Shown piece by piece: positions 24,475 through 42,852 of a stretch of 64,000 bases of DNA. The notes beneath the pieces were generated by a model. The model saw only the letters and a program-made list of their open reading frames with translations, was not told the DNA's origin and did no database searches. The stretch is taken from assembly GCA_002269645.1 (NCBI GenBank), contig NIVC01000578.1, forward strand, positions 541,202-605,201, in the 5' to 3' direction. The stretch comes from Macrostomum lignano. Taxonomy: Eukaryota. The translations under genes and the position numbers were made by a program. Position 1 is the stretch's first letter. Every line of letters starts with the position of its first letter.

Positions 24475-27450
24475 TAATGATAGACCAAATGTTGATTTTT
24501 GCAAGTTTCTAAAACCAAATCCAAATGTAAATTTCAAATCTAAATCCAAATATCCAAATGTGTTTCCAAATGTAAGCAAAAAGTAAAAGGTAAATGGTGG
24601 GAGTAACTATGATATTTTGAAGTAACAGTAATATCTTGTCATCTAATTAGTTATCTAAAAAAACAACTAGTCTACTCTTCAAATGAAATTGCAGGAATTA
24701 AAATTTAATAAAGAGTAAATAGTTTTGAATTGAACTTAATTTTTATACAACTAATCTAGCTAATTCTAATTACTAATACCTACTAATGTTACATTTGTGC
24801 AATTTGAAAACTTTACTGTAAGTAGGGACTCCAGTGAGATTGTGGTACAAATAAAAAAATGCAAAATATGACCAAAACAGTGCTACTTATAAATTCAAAA
24901 AAAGTTATCTTATATATAAAGCTGGGTGGATTAATTGATTGACTGGCCAGGTTTAATGTGTATCTCCTCTCCTAAATGGCTGGCAACTCAAATGCAAGAC
25001 TTATATATATCAATGCAGAATTTTCCTACACAACAAATAGGCTATTTTAATGTTGAAATTTTCAAAATTAAGTCTGCTAAAAAAGCAGAAAACTGTTGTT
25101 TTCTTAACCTTCTTAAGCCATTTTTTCTGCTCTGAAATGAAAATTTGCATCAATTTTAAGTGATTGTGCCACAACTTTTTCCTATCTTGGCAGTGCATTT
25201 TCTCTTCAGTGAGGGGATGGGGGCATTCTAAGTAGCTGTGTGTGTACACTTGGACCCTTGCTAATTGGCAGACAGTGAAATTCAATGTATAAACTTGCGA
25301 GCCTCTCACTGTAGCAGACAGTGAATATACACTCAAAAATTCAATGCTTCAAACTGGGAAATTTCAAACAAACTGTTCCTCAAGTATTGAACTTTGAGAG
25401 AAGAGACTTCTATTGCTGGAAAGATCTTTCAATGCTAATATAAGTTGTTTGCTTTAAGTATGAAAACTAAAAGCACAGCATTCAAAAAACGATTTCTATA
25501 CTTTTAACTTTCTGCAAAGATTGTACTCATTTTTGCAAGATGCAATAGATAAATTTGGAGGCTTCAACTTCTAACTGCCTCTGTGTATTGGAGGGTTGAT
25601 TTAGATTGTGCAATCATTTTGTTAACTTTAACTGAGACTGATACTGACTGACTGAAAAATTGATTTCACATTCAATTGGTTTAATTGGTTCAATTTTTTA
25701 TTATTGGTGCCTTTCAACAGGCAGCACTGTGCAGCTCTAACCCTAACCTTAACCACTGAATCCTTTTATTTGCATATATTTAAGCCAGACAATTAGAAAG
25801 TGTTTTTAATACACTCCAATTTAACAGAGTCTGTTGATTAAATTGATAGATTTTTGCTTGAAGGAGATAATATTGATAGATATTCATTTAACAGAATGAA
25901 TTTTGATGAATATTGGTTTCATAGAGAGGATTTTGATGGATTTAAGTTTCATGGAGAGGATATTGATAGATTTAAGTTTCACAGAGAGGATTTTGATGGA
26001 GTTCTGTTTCATAGAAAGGATTTTGATGGAGTTCTGTTTCACATAGAGGATTTTAATGAATTTCTGTTTCACGGAGAGAATTTTGATGAATATCTGTTTG
26101 ACTGAGAAAGTTTTTATGAATAAAAATGTTTGAAAGAGAGGATTTTGATGGATTTCTATTTCACGGAAAATAATTTGATGGATTTTAGAGAGGACTTAGA
26201 TGATGGGATTTGGGTCAAAGGATTCAGCTGATGGATTGCGGTGATGTGAGTTCTTCCCCTCTCTTCCAACAGAAGAGTTGGCCTTATATCATACAAAATA
26301 CAAATAATGAATAAATACATTTTAAAAGAGCAATAAAAATGCTATAAAATGAGACTAAACATAGATTGATTGGACAAATTTGACAAAAGTTACATTGAAG
26401 TAAAGTTTTACAATTTTGAAAGAATTTTGCAACTGTGACTATAAAAAAAAATGTTGTTTTATATTTTGAATTTTTCTAAGAAACAGTACATTTTTACATA
26501 AAATTGTGATTTTAACTATATTCTGCATATAAAAAAGGCTATTTTACGGCCACTTTTTTTCTTAAGCTTCAGATTCTACCAAAAAGTCATGTTTATTTAC
26601 TTTGTTTTACTTTTTTCAAATGGGCAATATCAAAAGCTGTGATCTGGCCATGGATTTTCCAATACAGAATTTATTGAAGAACACAATAGAATGAGTGCCA
26701 TTTTCATAACAAGCTGTACTTTTCTGTACCTAGAGCCTAAAGTACCTACTATATGAACAAGTGAATAACAATTTTAAGATATTTGCATCATTTTGAATGG
26801 CAAAAAAACAGAACACATGTCTATTTCTTTTTAATTATACATAATTACAAAGTACTTAAGAAATACCAGTTATCAAATAAGCATGTTTCAACATTTGGTA
26901 TATATGTAGGCAGGTTAAAACAATTATTTGATAGGCAAGTAGTAAGTATAGTATAAGAAAACAAATGAAAAATATGAAAATAACATGTAATTAAACATTA
27001 AATTTTTGAAACTAGAGAAAAATGCAAAAGAATAAGGTATCATATAAAAATTGGATAAAGAATAAAAATGTTATAGAAAGAAAACTTTTTGTAAACTTTT
27101 TGCAAAGTTTTGCATAACCTTTTTATTTTTCATCTAAATTTCAAAAGTGAGGTGTATTTTTACTCATACAAACAAGATCTATTATACTACATAGTAAAAA
27201 ATTAGAAATTTAGAAGCTTCAAAATCTCACTAGAGCCATGCATTTGCATTTTGAAGAAAATTAAAATGAACAATATAACGTAAAATATTACATATTTGTT
27301 TCATAATATATTTTCTTGATTTAAAACTTTTACTTCTTTAGGGTTTCTTGATTTTTTCATATTCAGAATCAGAAGCATATTTTTTATTATTTACTAATTT
27401 AGAAATATTTGAAAAAAATTTCCAAATCCAAATATTCCAATCTATCACTA
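24475..27450. mobile_element. Same hAT family, copy 2 (about 3 kb), CpG-decayed, also carrying the 28S fragment
   Basis: Ends TAATGATAGACCAAAT / ATTCCAATCTATCACTA. 8-bp TSD ATTTAGAA at 24467-24474 and 27451-27458. GGTAAATGGTGGGAGTAACTATGA at about 24588. Confidence 0.8.
25860..26190. repeat. Degenerate 30-bp tandem repeat inside hAT copy 2
   Basis: GAGGATTTTGATGGA...TTTCA units; explains ORFs 25854 and 25884. Confidence 0.75.
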
Positions 27451-28838
27451 ATTTAGAATAGAAGCTAGGTTAAAAAAGCTTATTAATATTTGTCTTAAAA
27501 CTGAATGCTTAATGCTTATAATCTATTCTTAATAAAGTTTGGCCTAATTCCTAAAAGGTTACTATCTAATAATATCTATTTTGTATAGACTAAAAAGTAT
27601 AGTATATATCAGTATAGAACAATAATTTTATAACAGTAAAAACAAACTTACAAGAAAGCATATGATCCATTGCAGTTATTTTGGAATTATTTATTCAATC
27701 ACAATTACAACTAGAAAATAAGAAGCCTAATAAGAAGCCTAACTTTAGTAAGATAGGCCTAGCAAAATAAATTTTGTAATTAGCTTAAATTAAGTTTTTC
27801 AAAAATTTTGTGGCTAATTTCAATTGGAAGTCAGTGGTAGTAGTACTATTAGTAGTAGTAGTAGTGCACTAATCTTTAGGCCTGTATAGCTAATCTCTAA
27901 TTTGTCTCGGCCTGAAATCCACTAATCTGCTACTTTTAAGACTAGGGCTAGTAGTTTTTCTCTATAGTCTTGGACTTGGAAGTAGTCCTAGAAAACAAAA
28001 TGTGGCAATTAAAGTTTTGAATAAAAATGCATTATTAGCTGTTCCTCATTTGGCTTATCTTTGTGTATAAATAAATATTTGTTATTTGTTTACTTTTTAT
28101 AGATAGTCGACAGCTACAGCTAGACTTTGAAATCGAGAGTAGGCTTAATAACCTTCGCTGTACTTAAATTAAAGCTCCTTGACTGGACATTTACTACATT
28201 ACTGGATATTGTGCTTGCGTATCATGAGTCAAATTGACGAACAGACATCAGTGTCAGTTTCAACTTCGAGTCTAGCTTCGAGTAAATAGGCCCCTAATGC
28301 ATGTTTTTAGACGAGATAAATTTTAGTTTAAACATTTAGGATCAAAAAGCGAATTTTTATATAAAAAAGGATTTTTTAACTTGTTGTTGTTTTTATCTGT
28401 TTTTTGTATTGTAGTTTTCCTGCATATTGTTAGGTAACTTTTTAATTTTACTTTTTGTTTAACTGCATTATCGACAATATAAAAGTTCTGCATATTTTAA
28501 AATTGAATCAATAGTCGAACCGTTTGTTACTGTAACGGAACTTTTCAGAGCTTGGACTTGGACGAAACAAACCTTTCGTTCCTTTGTTCATCTTAAAAGT
28601 CGTACTGCAAGTATCAAAGTATTTTTTGCTATAATATTATCATTGAAGCATTTAGAATGTCCTACAAAATGAGTTACACGTAATTGTAATTTTTTAAGGA
28701 TTTTAACGTTTATTTCAACATTTACATAATAGAGTCACATATCTGTTCAGCGTATTGAACAACTAAACAGAAGGAAAATCTGACGAGCTTCTCAAGAAAA
28801 AATAAGGTCATAAATAGCGGAGGTGCATTTCCTACAAA

Positions 28839-34227
<5,389 letters not shown>

Positions 34228-34774
34228 ACTTTTCTAACCTGACTTCAAACTGAACTGACGATATTTGGGGAAAATCAACAGCATCGAACCGAATGTAAAG
34301 CAGAGCATTACATTTCATCTTTCACACAGTTCATTCTTCGGAAACCTTTTAATTTGTATGCTAATGAAATTTAATATAAACTATGAGATACTACATGGGC
34401 GTTACCTAATAAAACTGTTAAATCTCGTTTCGCACCAGCCTCAGTTTCGCGCTAGTGTAAATATAAATAGCCCGTGGATCACTAGACACAGAGGAGTAAA
34501 ATCAAACACGAAACCCCATAGTCTAAAAACCAGTGATGATCGATTTGGATGCTTGAGTTTTGGATGCGCAGTTACCGGATTTTGTTTGTTTAGAGCACAA
34601 ATCTGTCTTGCAACAAAATATTTATCAACAGCAATCAGTAGGTCGGCTGAACCCTTCTGTCCGACCTGGGGGTTACCGAAGTGAAATGCGCCATCACACG
34701 AGCTGAAGACTTTACGTTGCCGAATTGCAACCATTCAGCTAAATTATCATCAGGCGCTGCTGCTGTGAAATCAA

Positions 34775-35845
34775 AGTGCGCAGTATTCTTCGCTTTGCTT
34801 TTACTTCAGCGCTATCATTTTTGCTTCAATTTTTGCGTCAATCGAAAAGAAGCGCTCGAATGAACCGGCTGCCTCGCTATTGACGTTTCTATTAAACGCC
34901 TTTTACCTCACCTATTTCATTTTACTCCATTATTTTTTGAGTCATACTACTTGTATTGGGTTTGTCAGTAGCAATCATAGTTTGTTGTTGTTCTGGTTCT
35001 GTTAAATTTGCACTTTGGTGCCTATATGCCGCGATCTCCGGGCAATGCTTGTCATCAGCTTGCCTAGGTGTGAACGGTGAGCCGCGCTCTGCTAATGCGG
35101 ATGCTGCGGCTGCTAAAAGCAGCGGGAGAGGCAACCGGCGAGGCAAACGGAGTCGTCTTCGCAAGTCTGCACGTCTGCTGGAGCCGGCCCCAACCCAATC
35201 GGCTCTGCCTGGTGGCGCTGGAGACCGTGAAGCCCAACAAGTCCGGGCCTCAGCTGTACTACCAGGCAGCGTGTTTAGAATTGCCACCTTCAACTGTCGC
35301 ACTCTCAAATCTGCTTGGACGAGGGGAATGCTGGCTGGACATTGTAATGCTGCCGGAGGTGTCAGTTATGAAGCAAGACGGCCTCCAACGTGAGGATCCC
35401 GGTGCCGGCTGCACCCTGTTTTTCACCTCTGCGGACGGTCGACGCTCTAGTCGGACCACGGTTGCAGCAGAGTTTCTGCTGTGTCACTGTGTCACCTCGG
35501 CTGTTGCGTGTGGATGTGAGGCTGCGAGGCCGTAACGCCCGGCTTTTCTACGCGTATGCACCGACAGCTGCCCACCCTGGTGGTGCTTGGCGATCTCTGC
35601 ACTGTCGCGGAGAGGTCCCAGCGCACCCCCTTTGCGTCCAACACTAAAATGAATGGCTACTCTACTGTGCTTACGGCTCGTACGGTCTTCTGTCTTCACT
35701 TTGCTTTCCTTCCGCGCAATCATTTTTGCTTCAATTTTTGCGTCAATCGAAAAGAAGCGCTCGAATGAACCGTCTGCCTCGCTATTGATCGCGTCATTCT
35801 ATACGTTTCTATAAAACGCCTTTTACCTCACCTATTTCATTTTTT
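34775..35845 (+). repeat. Pair of about 150-bp direct repeats (about 34775-34925 and 35680-35845)
   Basis: Shared core ATCATTTTTGCTTCAATTTTTGCGTCAATCGAAAAGAAGCGCTCGAATGAACCG...CCTTTTACCTCACCTATTTCATTT. Confidence 0.9.
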
Positions 35846-38060
35846 CAATCAGTGTGATACGAATGTCGCCGCATGATTTGGTGTCGACCAATACGCGTTT
35901 CCGCAAGCCAGTTTTTCGATTGGAAACCAAAGCCGGCTGTAAGCGAAGGAAGCTGAAGCTTTCGGAAGCCGAAATGTCACGACCCACCGGGCCCAGCTCG
36001 ATTACATTCTAGTTCACTACCGCGAACGCAGACGGGTGACAGACTGCGACACGATGGCCCCTCTGTCCATCCGATCTGACCATCGCCTGCTTTTCTGCAA
36101 CCTTCGCACCCGGGACCCGCTCTAGAGGCCGCCCAAGCGACCCCCACGCCGCTACTACAGGGCTCTGCGAGACTCCAGCACCCGCGGCAGGTTCGCCTAC
36201 GCGTTCGCCGCCGTACTCGGAGCACCGGCAACTATTCCGAAATAAGCGCGGCAGTGGCGACGACAGCTAACAAGACGCTGCTTCTGATGCAACCTGCAGC
36301 CTGTAGTCTCCCCGTCTGGGCGAGTGGCAAGGAGGTTCAGGAGGCGAGGCGGACAGTCGAGGCTGCGACGGATCAGGCGACCGACGGCTGAGGCCGAAAA
36401 AGCCCTACCGGACGTTTACACTACCGGTAGGCAGCAGCAAGTCGCGGTTGACGATGCCATCTGAAGTGTCACCTCTGCGGGACTCAACCAACGGGATCGG
36501 CTCGTCTGGCCTACAATCAACGCCCTGACTGGCCGCAAAGAGAAGACGGCGCTGAACCTGACCGGCGATACACCAGAGGCACGCAGAAACGAGCTGCGCG
36601 ACTTCTTCGCTGATATTGTCAACGCGCCGCCACCGCCACCGCCTCAGCCAGAAGCGATGCCATTGCCGCTCGAGACGGCGCTGTCGTCGCAGGAGGAATT
36701 CAGCACCCAGCCAGTGACCAGCAACGACGCAGTGCAGTTCGCTCGCCTGGCGCCGGGAGGTCGCGCCCCCGGACCGGATGAGGTGCCTATCGAGGCGCTC
36801 GAGTCACAAGGGTCGCCACTGAGGTAGCCCTCGTGATGAACGACGTCCTCTCTGGAGGTGCCGCGCCCTGCGAGTATACAACAGCGCACATCGTCGCGAT
36901 TCCGAAAATGCCTGGCACGACACGGAAGGAGGAGCACTGAAGCTGTTCAACCGTGTGCTGCTAGCTGGGTTGTTGCCTGTGCTCGAATAGTTTCTGCGCC
37001 CTGAGCAGATCGGATTCCGCCCATATCGCGGTACAGTGACGCAGATCCTAGCTCTCCGCCGCATCATCGTGGAGGCGCGAATCCATCAGTCAAGTCTCGC
37101 GGTGATCTTCATTGACTTAATCAAGGCTTTTGACTCGTTGGTTCACGGCGCACTGCCTCTCGTGCTTCGCGCATACAATGTACCGGAGCAACTGATTTCC
37201 GCCATCATGGCGATGTACAAGGACACGACCGCTTCGGTGATGACGCCAGACAGACTGTCGGACCAATTCAGCACGTCGTCAGGCGTGCTGCAGGGTGACA
37301 CTCTGGCATCTTTCCTGTTTGTGCTGACACTGGATTTGGCGCTGAGGACCGGTCTGCCAGACCAGGATGATGGCTTCCTGGGTTCCTGCTGAGAAGACGC
37401 ACGAGTCGGCGGAACCCGGAGAAGCGGCTCTCAGTTCTCGGCTACGCGGATGACCTCGCGCTGCTCTCATCGACGGCTGAAGGCGCCCAGCGGCTGCTTG
37501 GACGGCCTGACGGCAGCAGCATCGCGAGTCGGCCTCAAGCTGAACGCGCGGAAGACGGTAGTCTTCACGGTGCCCTCCGACCTGCCTGCCGAGATCAACT
37601 ACCGAGACGCTGCCGGAGATGCTATCATGCTTACCCGCTGCCAGCGGTTCTTGTACCTCGGCGGCCTCGTGCCGGACGTCGCCGACGACTTGGTGAGACG
37701 ACGAGGACTGGCCTAAGCCGCGTTTCGTTCTGTGCACCCCGTGCTCCATTCTAAGGCCCTAAATGACGGGCTCAGGGCTCTGTTGTTTCTGGCAGTCGTT
37801 GAGACTGTCTTGTTGTACAAAGCTGAAACCTGGACCCTGACGGACGCCTTAGAGAGGCAGCTGGACGATGCGCATGCGGCCATGCTGCGTGCGGCGTTCG
37901 GAGTGCGCAGCGGTCCAGGCAGCGAGACCAGCGCCGCGCTCTACACGAGGGCGCGCCTGATGCTGCTTTCTGACCTGCTGCGCGGGCGATGACTTCGACT
38001 GGCTGGCCACGTCATTCGGACGGAGGCCCGCTGCCCTGAGCCGCTACAGGAAGTGCTGTC
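35240..38060 (+). mobile_element. Decayed non-LTR retrotransposon (APE endonuclease + RT, RTE-like); many stops and frameshifts
   Basis: APE motifs IATFNCRTL, AYAPT and SDHRL; RT motifs QIGFRP, FIDLIKAFDS, GVLQGDTL and YADD (about 37442-37455). Confidence 0.9.
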
Positions 38061-38317
38061 GTATGTATCAAAGAAATGCGTTGTTTGCGTTGCATAAATT
38101 TTCCTGCAAAACGCGCATCAGCTACTGAATCAAGAGTAGTTGACTGAATCGACATTTGTGATCTTAAAAATGTCTCATTAGCTTTGAGATCGACTTTCAT
38201 GCTGAAACAGCGAGAACTGACTGCATGTCTTTATATGAGCACAGAATGCTACAGGATTCAGCAAGACATCTCGTCAAATATCAAGCAATTCGGCTTCAAG
38301 GTTTGAAAAGTACAAAA

Positions 38318-38748
38318 TACTCAGCGCTAGACTCAGTGCTAGACTCAGTGCTAGACTCAGTGCTAGACTCAGTGCTAGACTCAGTGCTAGACTCAGTGCT
38401 AGACTCAGTGCTAGACTCAGTGCTAGACTCAGTGCTAGACTCAGTGCTAGACTCTGTGCTAGACTCAGTGCTAGACTCAGTGCTAGACTCAGTGTTAGAC
38501 TCAGTGCTAGACTCAGTGTTAGACTCAGTGCTAGACTCAGTGTTAGACTCAGTTCTAGACTCAGTGTTAGACTCAGTGCTAGACTCAGTGCTAGACTCAG
38601 TGCTAGACTCAGTGCTAGACTCAGTGCTAGACTCAGTGCTAGACTCAGTGCTAGACTCAGTGCTAGACTCAGTGCTAGACTCAGTGCTAGACTCAGTGCT
38701 AGACTCAGTGCTAGACTCAGTGCTAGACTCAGTGCTAGACTCAGTGCT
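38318..38748. repeat. 12-bp minisatellite (GCTAGACTCAGT)
   Basis: Tandem array. Confidence 0.97.
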
Positions 38749-38859
38749 GAGACTGGAGGTCAGCACGAGGTCATGTACATGCACTGTACTTTAGCAGCGA
38801 TTTGTTTCCTCGTTCTCGCTGATCTCGAGAAAGATCTGGAAGGAACTCGGCAGGCCGCC

Positions 38860-39367
38860 ACTAAATTCGGCCAAGTCTCGGATGCTGGCCTACGACGGGC
38901 ACGTGATGAAGCAGCTCGGCATCTTGGAGTGCCTGGTGGAGACTGGCGGCCCTGATGGCCGCTTCGCTGCGGCGGAGTTGCCCTTCATTGAATGCGAGCA
39001 GAAGTTCGGGTTGCTGGGCCGGGATCTGCTCAGCTCGCTGCCTGCTCACCACTCGGATGAGGCCAAGCCGCCCAGCAACAACAGGTGCGAGAGCTTGCTG
39101 GGCATCAAGGCAGCGGTTGGCAGAGATTCTGTGGAAGGCGGGAGCCAGGCCGATTTTCCAACCAGCCAGAGAGCTGGCGCTGCGTTGTGTCCACTGGTGA
39201 AGAAGAAGCTGGACCTGATGGAGAAGGCGGGCATAGTTGAGATGGTGACGTCCTCAGGGTGGGCGCCCCATAGTGGTGACGGTGAAGTCCGACCACATCT
39301 GACTAAAACAGCCTTCTCAAAGATGGCTAACAAGAAGCTGTTCTGCCGACTGGATTTCTCTGACTAA
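38860..39367 (+). mobile_element. Ty3/Gypsy pol fragment (protease-RT junction), degenerate
   Basis: LAYDG..MKQLG...LLGRDLL, KLDLMEKAGIVEMVTSSGWAP, FSKM..KKLFCRLDFSD. Confidence 0.7.
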
Positions 39368-40315
39368 ACTCACTCTGATTACACTCACTCTGATTACACT
39401 CACTCTGATTACACTCACTCTGATTACACTCACTCTGATTACACTCACTCTGATTACACTCACTCTGATTACACTCACTCTGATTACATTCACTCTGATT
39501 ACACTACTCTGATTACACTCACTCTGATTACACTCACTCTGATTACACTCACTCTGATTACACTCACTCTGATTACACTCACTCTGATTACATTCACTCT
39601 GATTACACTACTCTGATTACACTACTCTGATTACACTCACTCTGATTACACTCACTCTGATTACACTCACTCTGATTACACTCACTCTGATTACATTCAC
39701 TCTGATTACACTACTCTGATTACACTCACTCTGATTACACTCACTCTGATTACACCCACCCTGATTACACTCACTCTGATTACACTACTCTGATTATACT
39801 CACCCTGATTACACTCAGTCTGATTACACTCACTCTGATTACACTCAGTCTGATTACACTCAGTCTGATTACACTCACTCTGATTACACTCACTCTGATT
39901 ACACTACTCTGATTACACTCACTCTGACTACACTCACTCTGATTACACTCACTCTGATTACACTCACTCTGACTACACTCACTCTAATTACACTCACTCT
40001 GATTAAATTCACTCTGATTACACTACTCTGATTACACTCACTCTGATTACACTACTCTGATTACACTCACTCTGATTACACTCACTCTGATTACACTCAC
40101 TCTGATTACACTCACTCTGATTACACTACTCTGATTACACTACTCTGATTACACTCACTCTGATTACACTCACTCTGATTACACTCACTCTGATTACACT
40201 CACTCGGATTACACTCACTCGGATTACACTCACTCTGATTACACTCACTCTGATTACACTCACTCTGATTACACTCACTCAGATTACACTCACTCTGATT
40301 ACACTCACTCTCATT
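39365..40315. repeat. 15-bp minisatellite (ACTCACTCTGATTAC)
   Basis: Tandem array. Confidence 0.97.
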
Positions 40316-41262
40316 CTACAGCTAAACTGAAGAGAGCACTAGAAGTATTCCATCTTTTTAATTTAAGCTATTTTGCGACCCAGTGGTTGACCCAGGTACC
40401 TGTTTGAAACACATGATAGAGGACTTAGCGATCCAGGTTTGAGGTTGGCTTTGGAAAGTGTACCCTGTACTCGACACTCATCGCCATCGGCGTCGAAAAT
40501 TTCGCGGCGCAACTTGCTGTGTTGAACGCCGAATGTAAACTTTGACGTCCCTCACAGTATCTCAGATGTGACGCTAAGCGGAATTTCAGAACACAGCCAA
40601 CAAGCGCAAACATCTTGAAAGCGCAAAAGCGAGGAGCATCCAGATTGACAATGTCGGCAAGTTTTGAAGCCAAAAAGCAATTCCGCGTGACGCATGAATT
40701 TGACGGTTTTCTCTCGCATTGAATTCCTGGCCAAACCAGGTCAAGCCCAGGCCGCCCGCCGCGCTGACAGCGCATTTCGCTCCCTTGCGGCCCGGCCCGC
40801 CCACAGGTGCCTGCAGCTGCCGCACAGCCCCCGCACAGCGGAGTTCGGTGAATGGCTGGCCGTCCATTATCACTACTAGGCTTCTTCGCTAAGCAATTTT
40901 CACACCCTCGGGGTCACAGGCGACTTTTCTAGCCCCGCAGCCCCGGGAATTCAAGGCGTCACAAAGTTCGGCAACCCAGGGGCTGCAGGGCGAACAGGCG
41001 CAGCGACTTTGCGGATTCGCTTGCGATAAGCCAGTCCGCCCCGCCGGGGGTCGCTGCGGCTTTAAGTGGCCGCTGACAAGGCGGCTCCGCTAATTGCCGC
41101 CCCGATTCAAGCAAGTCAAAACGCCGCATCAGCTGTCGAAACTGAAGCCACCGGCCCCGCTAGTTGCGGTTAATTGCCTTTCGAATTGGCTTGTTCTGCA
41201 ACATTAGCAATTTTTGCTGCATAAAGTGATCAGCGCCGTTGACAGGCAGAAAGCTCTGACAG

Positions 41263-42852
41263 ATGCGGCCCGTTCTGACCATGGCGCTCTGCCTCTGCTG
41301 CTGCGCGCTCGCCGAGTGCCAGAGACGCCGCGTCGAGGAGCTGCCGCGGCTGCTGTTCCGCCCGAACTTCACCCAGTACTCGGGCTACCTGACCTCCAGC
41401 AGCGGCAGCGGCGGCAGCCGGCGCCTCTTCTACTGGCTGGTCGAGAGCTCCCACGTGGACGCCGCGACGGCTCCGCTCGTGCTGTGGATGAACGGCGGTC
41501 CCGGCTGCTCCTCGGTCGGCGGCCTGCTCATGACGAACGGGCCGTTCCTGGCGAACGACCGCGCCGAGCTGGAGCGCAACGACTTCGCGTGGAACCGGCT
41601 GGCCAACGTGCTGTACATCGACTCGCCCAGCGGTGTCGGCCTGAGCGAGCCCGGACCCACCGACCCGACCGAGCTCAACGATAACGCGACCACGCGGCTG
41701 AACCTGGGAGCGCTGCTCCACTTCTACAGCTTGTTCCCCGAGTACCGAGGCCGGGCCTTCTACATCGCGGGAGAGAGCTACGCGGGGATCTACATCCCGC
41801 TGCTGGCCAGCGCTATCATCGACGGTGGGCATTGGCCCAGCCTCATCAACCTGAAGGGCATCGCCGTGGGCAACGGCCTGCACGTGTCAATAAACGACAA
41901 CGCTTTGCTGGAAACCCGCAAGGAATTCGCAAAAATTTTGGGCATTTCGTTCAGAAATGACACAGCAATCGAAGTAAGTTAAAATCGAAGCTTGCTTTGT
42001 CCTTACGAGGTAAAACATTTCCTCAAACTTTTTGAGCACATCAGTCAGGTACAAGGTGCCTTAGAGGCCACTAGAAGAGTGGAAGCATGCGAGTAGGCTG
42101 TGTTTTCTAATGAGTCTTGATTAAGCAGGGACTGATATTCGCCCAAATCGAATTTTTCTGTGACCAAAATTTCTTTGCAGACGAACCTGTCAGTCAACTC
42201 TTACAACGTGATGCACACCTGCTACGAGCAGGAGTCGGTGAATGTGTACCCCTGTCTGAACACGACCGGCCTGGTCACTTATCTTCGCGACAAGCGCGTC
42301 CGTGAGGCCTTGGGTGTGTCGGACTCCGTGTCCGAGAATTACGTCATCTGCAGTCTGGTCAAGATATTCACGCACTATAACTACTTGGACAGGGACATCC
42401 TGCCCGAGCTGCGTAGGCTCGCCTCAGCAGATGTTTTCGTACTGCTGTACCACGGCACTCTGGACTACATGATCCCTACAATGCTCACCCAGCGGCTGCT
42501 GGAGCGGCTGCCGCAAGATAATGACACGGAGGGCGCCTGGTTCTACTGCCACTGGACGTTCGGTCGAGCCTCAACCCAGATCGGCGGCATGCAGAGATCC
42601 TACCTGGGCGGCCGCCTATTCTACCGCACCGTCATTGGCGCTGGGCACACGGTGGTCACCGACCGTCCCGACGTCGGCTTCCAGATTTTCACCGACTTCC
42701 TGAGCCCGGACAAAGACCGGCAGCCGCGATGTCTGCCGCCTGAAAGTCTGGAGGATGCTTCGAGCTGCGGCGCTGAGTTTACAGGTGTTTGCTCGTCGGC
42801 TGTCTGGCTGACGGCAGTCCTGGCTGCTGCTGGCGTTGCCTCCTGGCTGTAG
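41263..42852 (+). CDS. Serine carboxypeptidase S10, paralog B; exons 41263-41973 and 42181-42852, about 460 aa
   Basis: GESYAG, YHGTLD and GAGH triad. Phase-0 intron GAA|GTAAGT...TTTGCAG|. Hydrophobic C-terminal tail. Confidence 0.93.

Noticed and set aside
25010-25336. Possible THAP or transposase remnant in hAT copy 2
   Set aside because: The similarity is too weak and there are no conserved Cys/His or DDE motifs.
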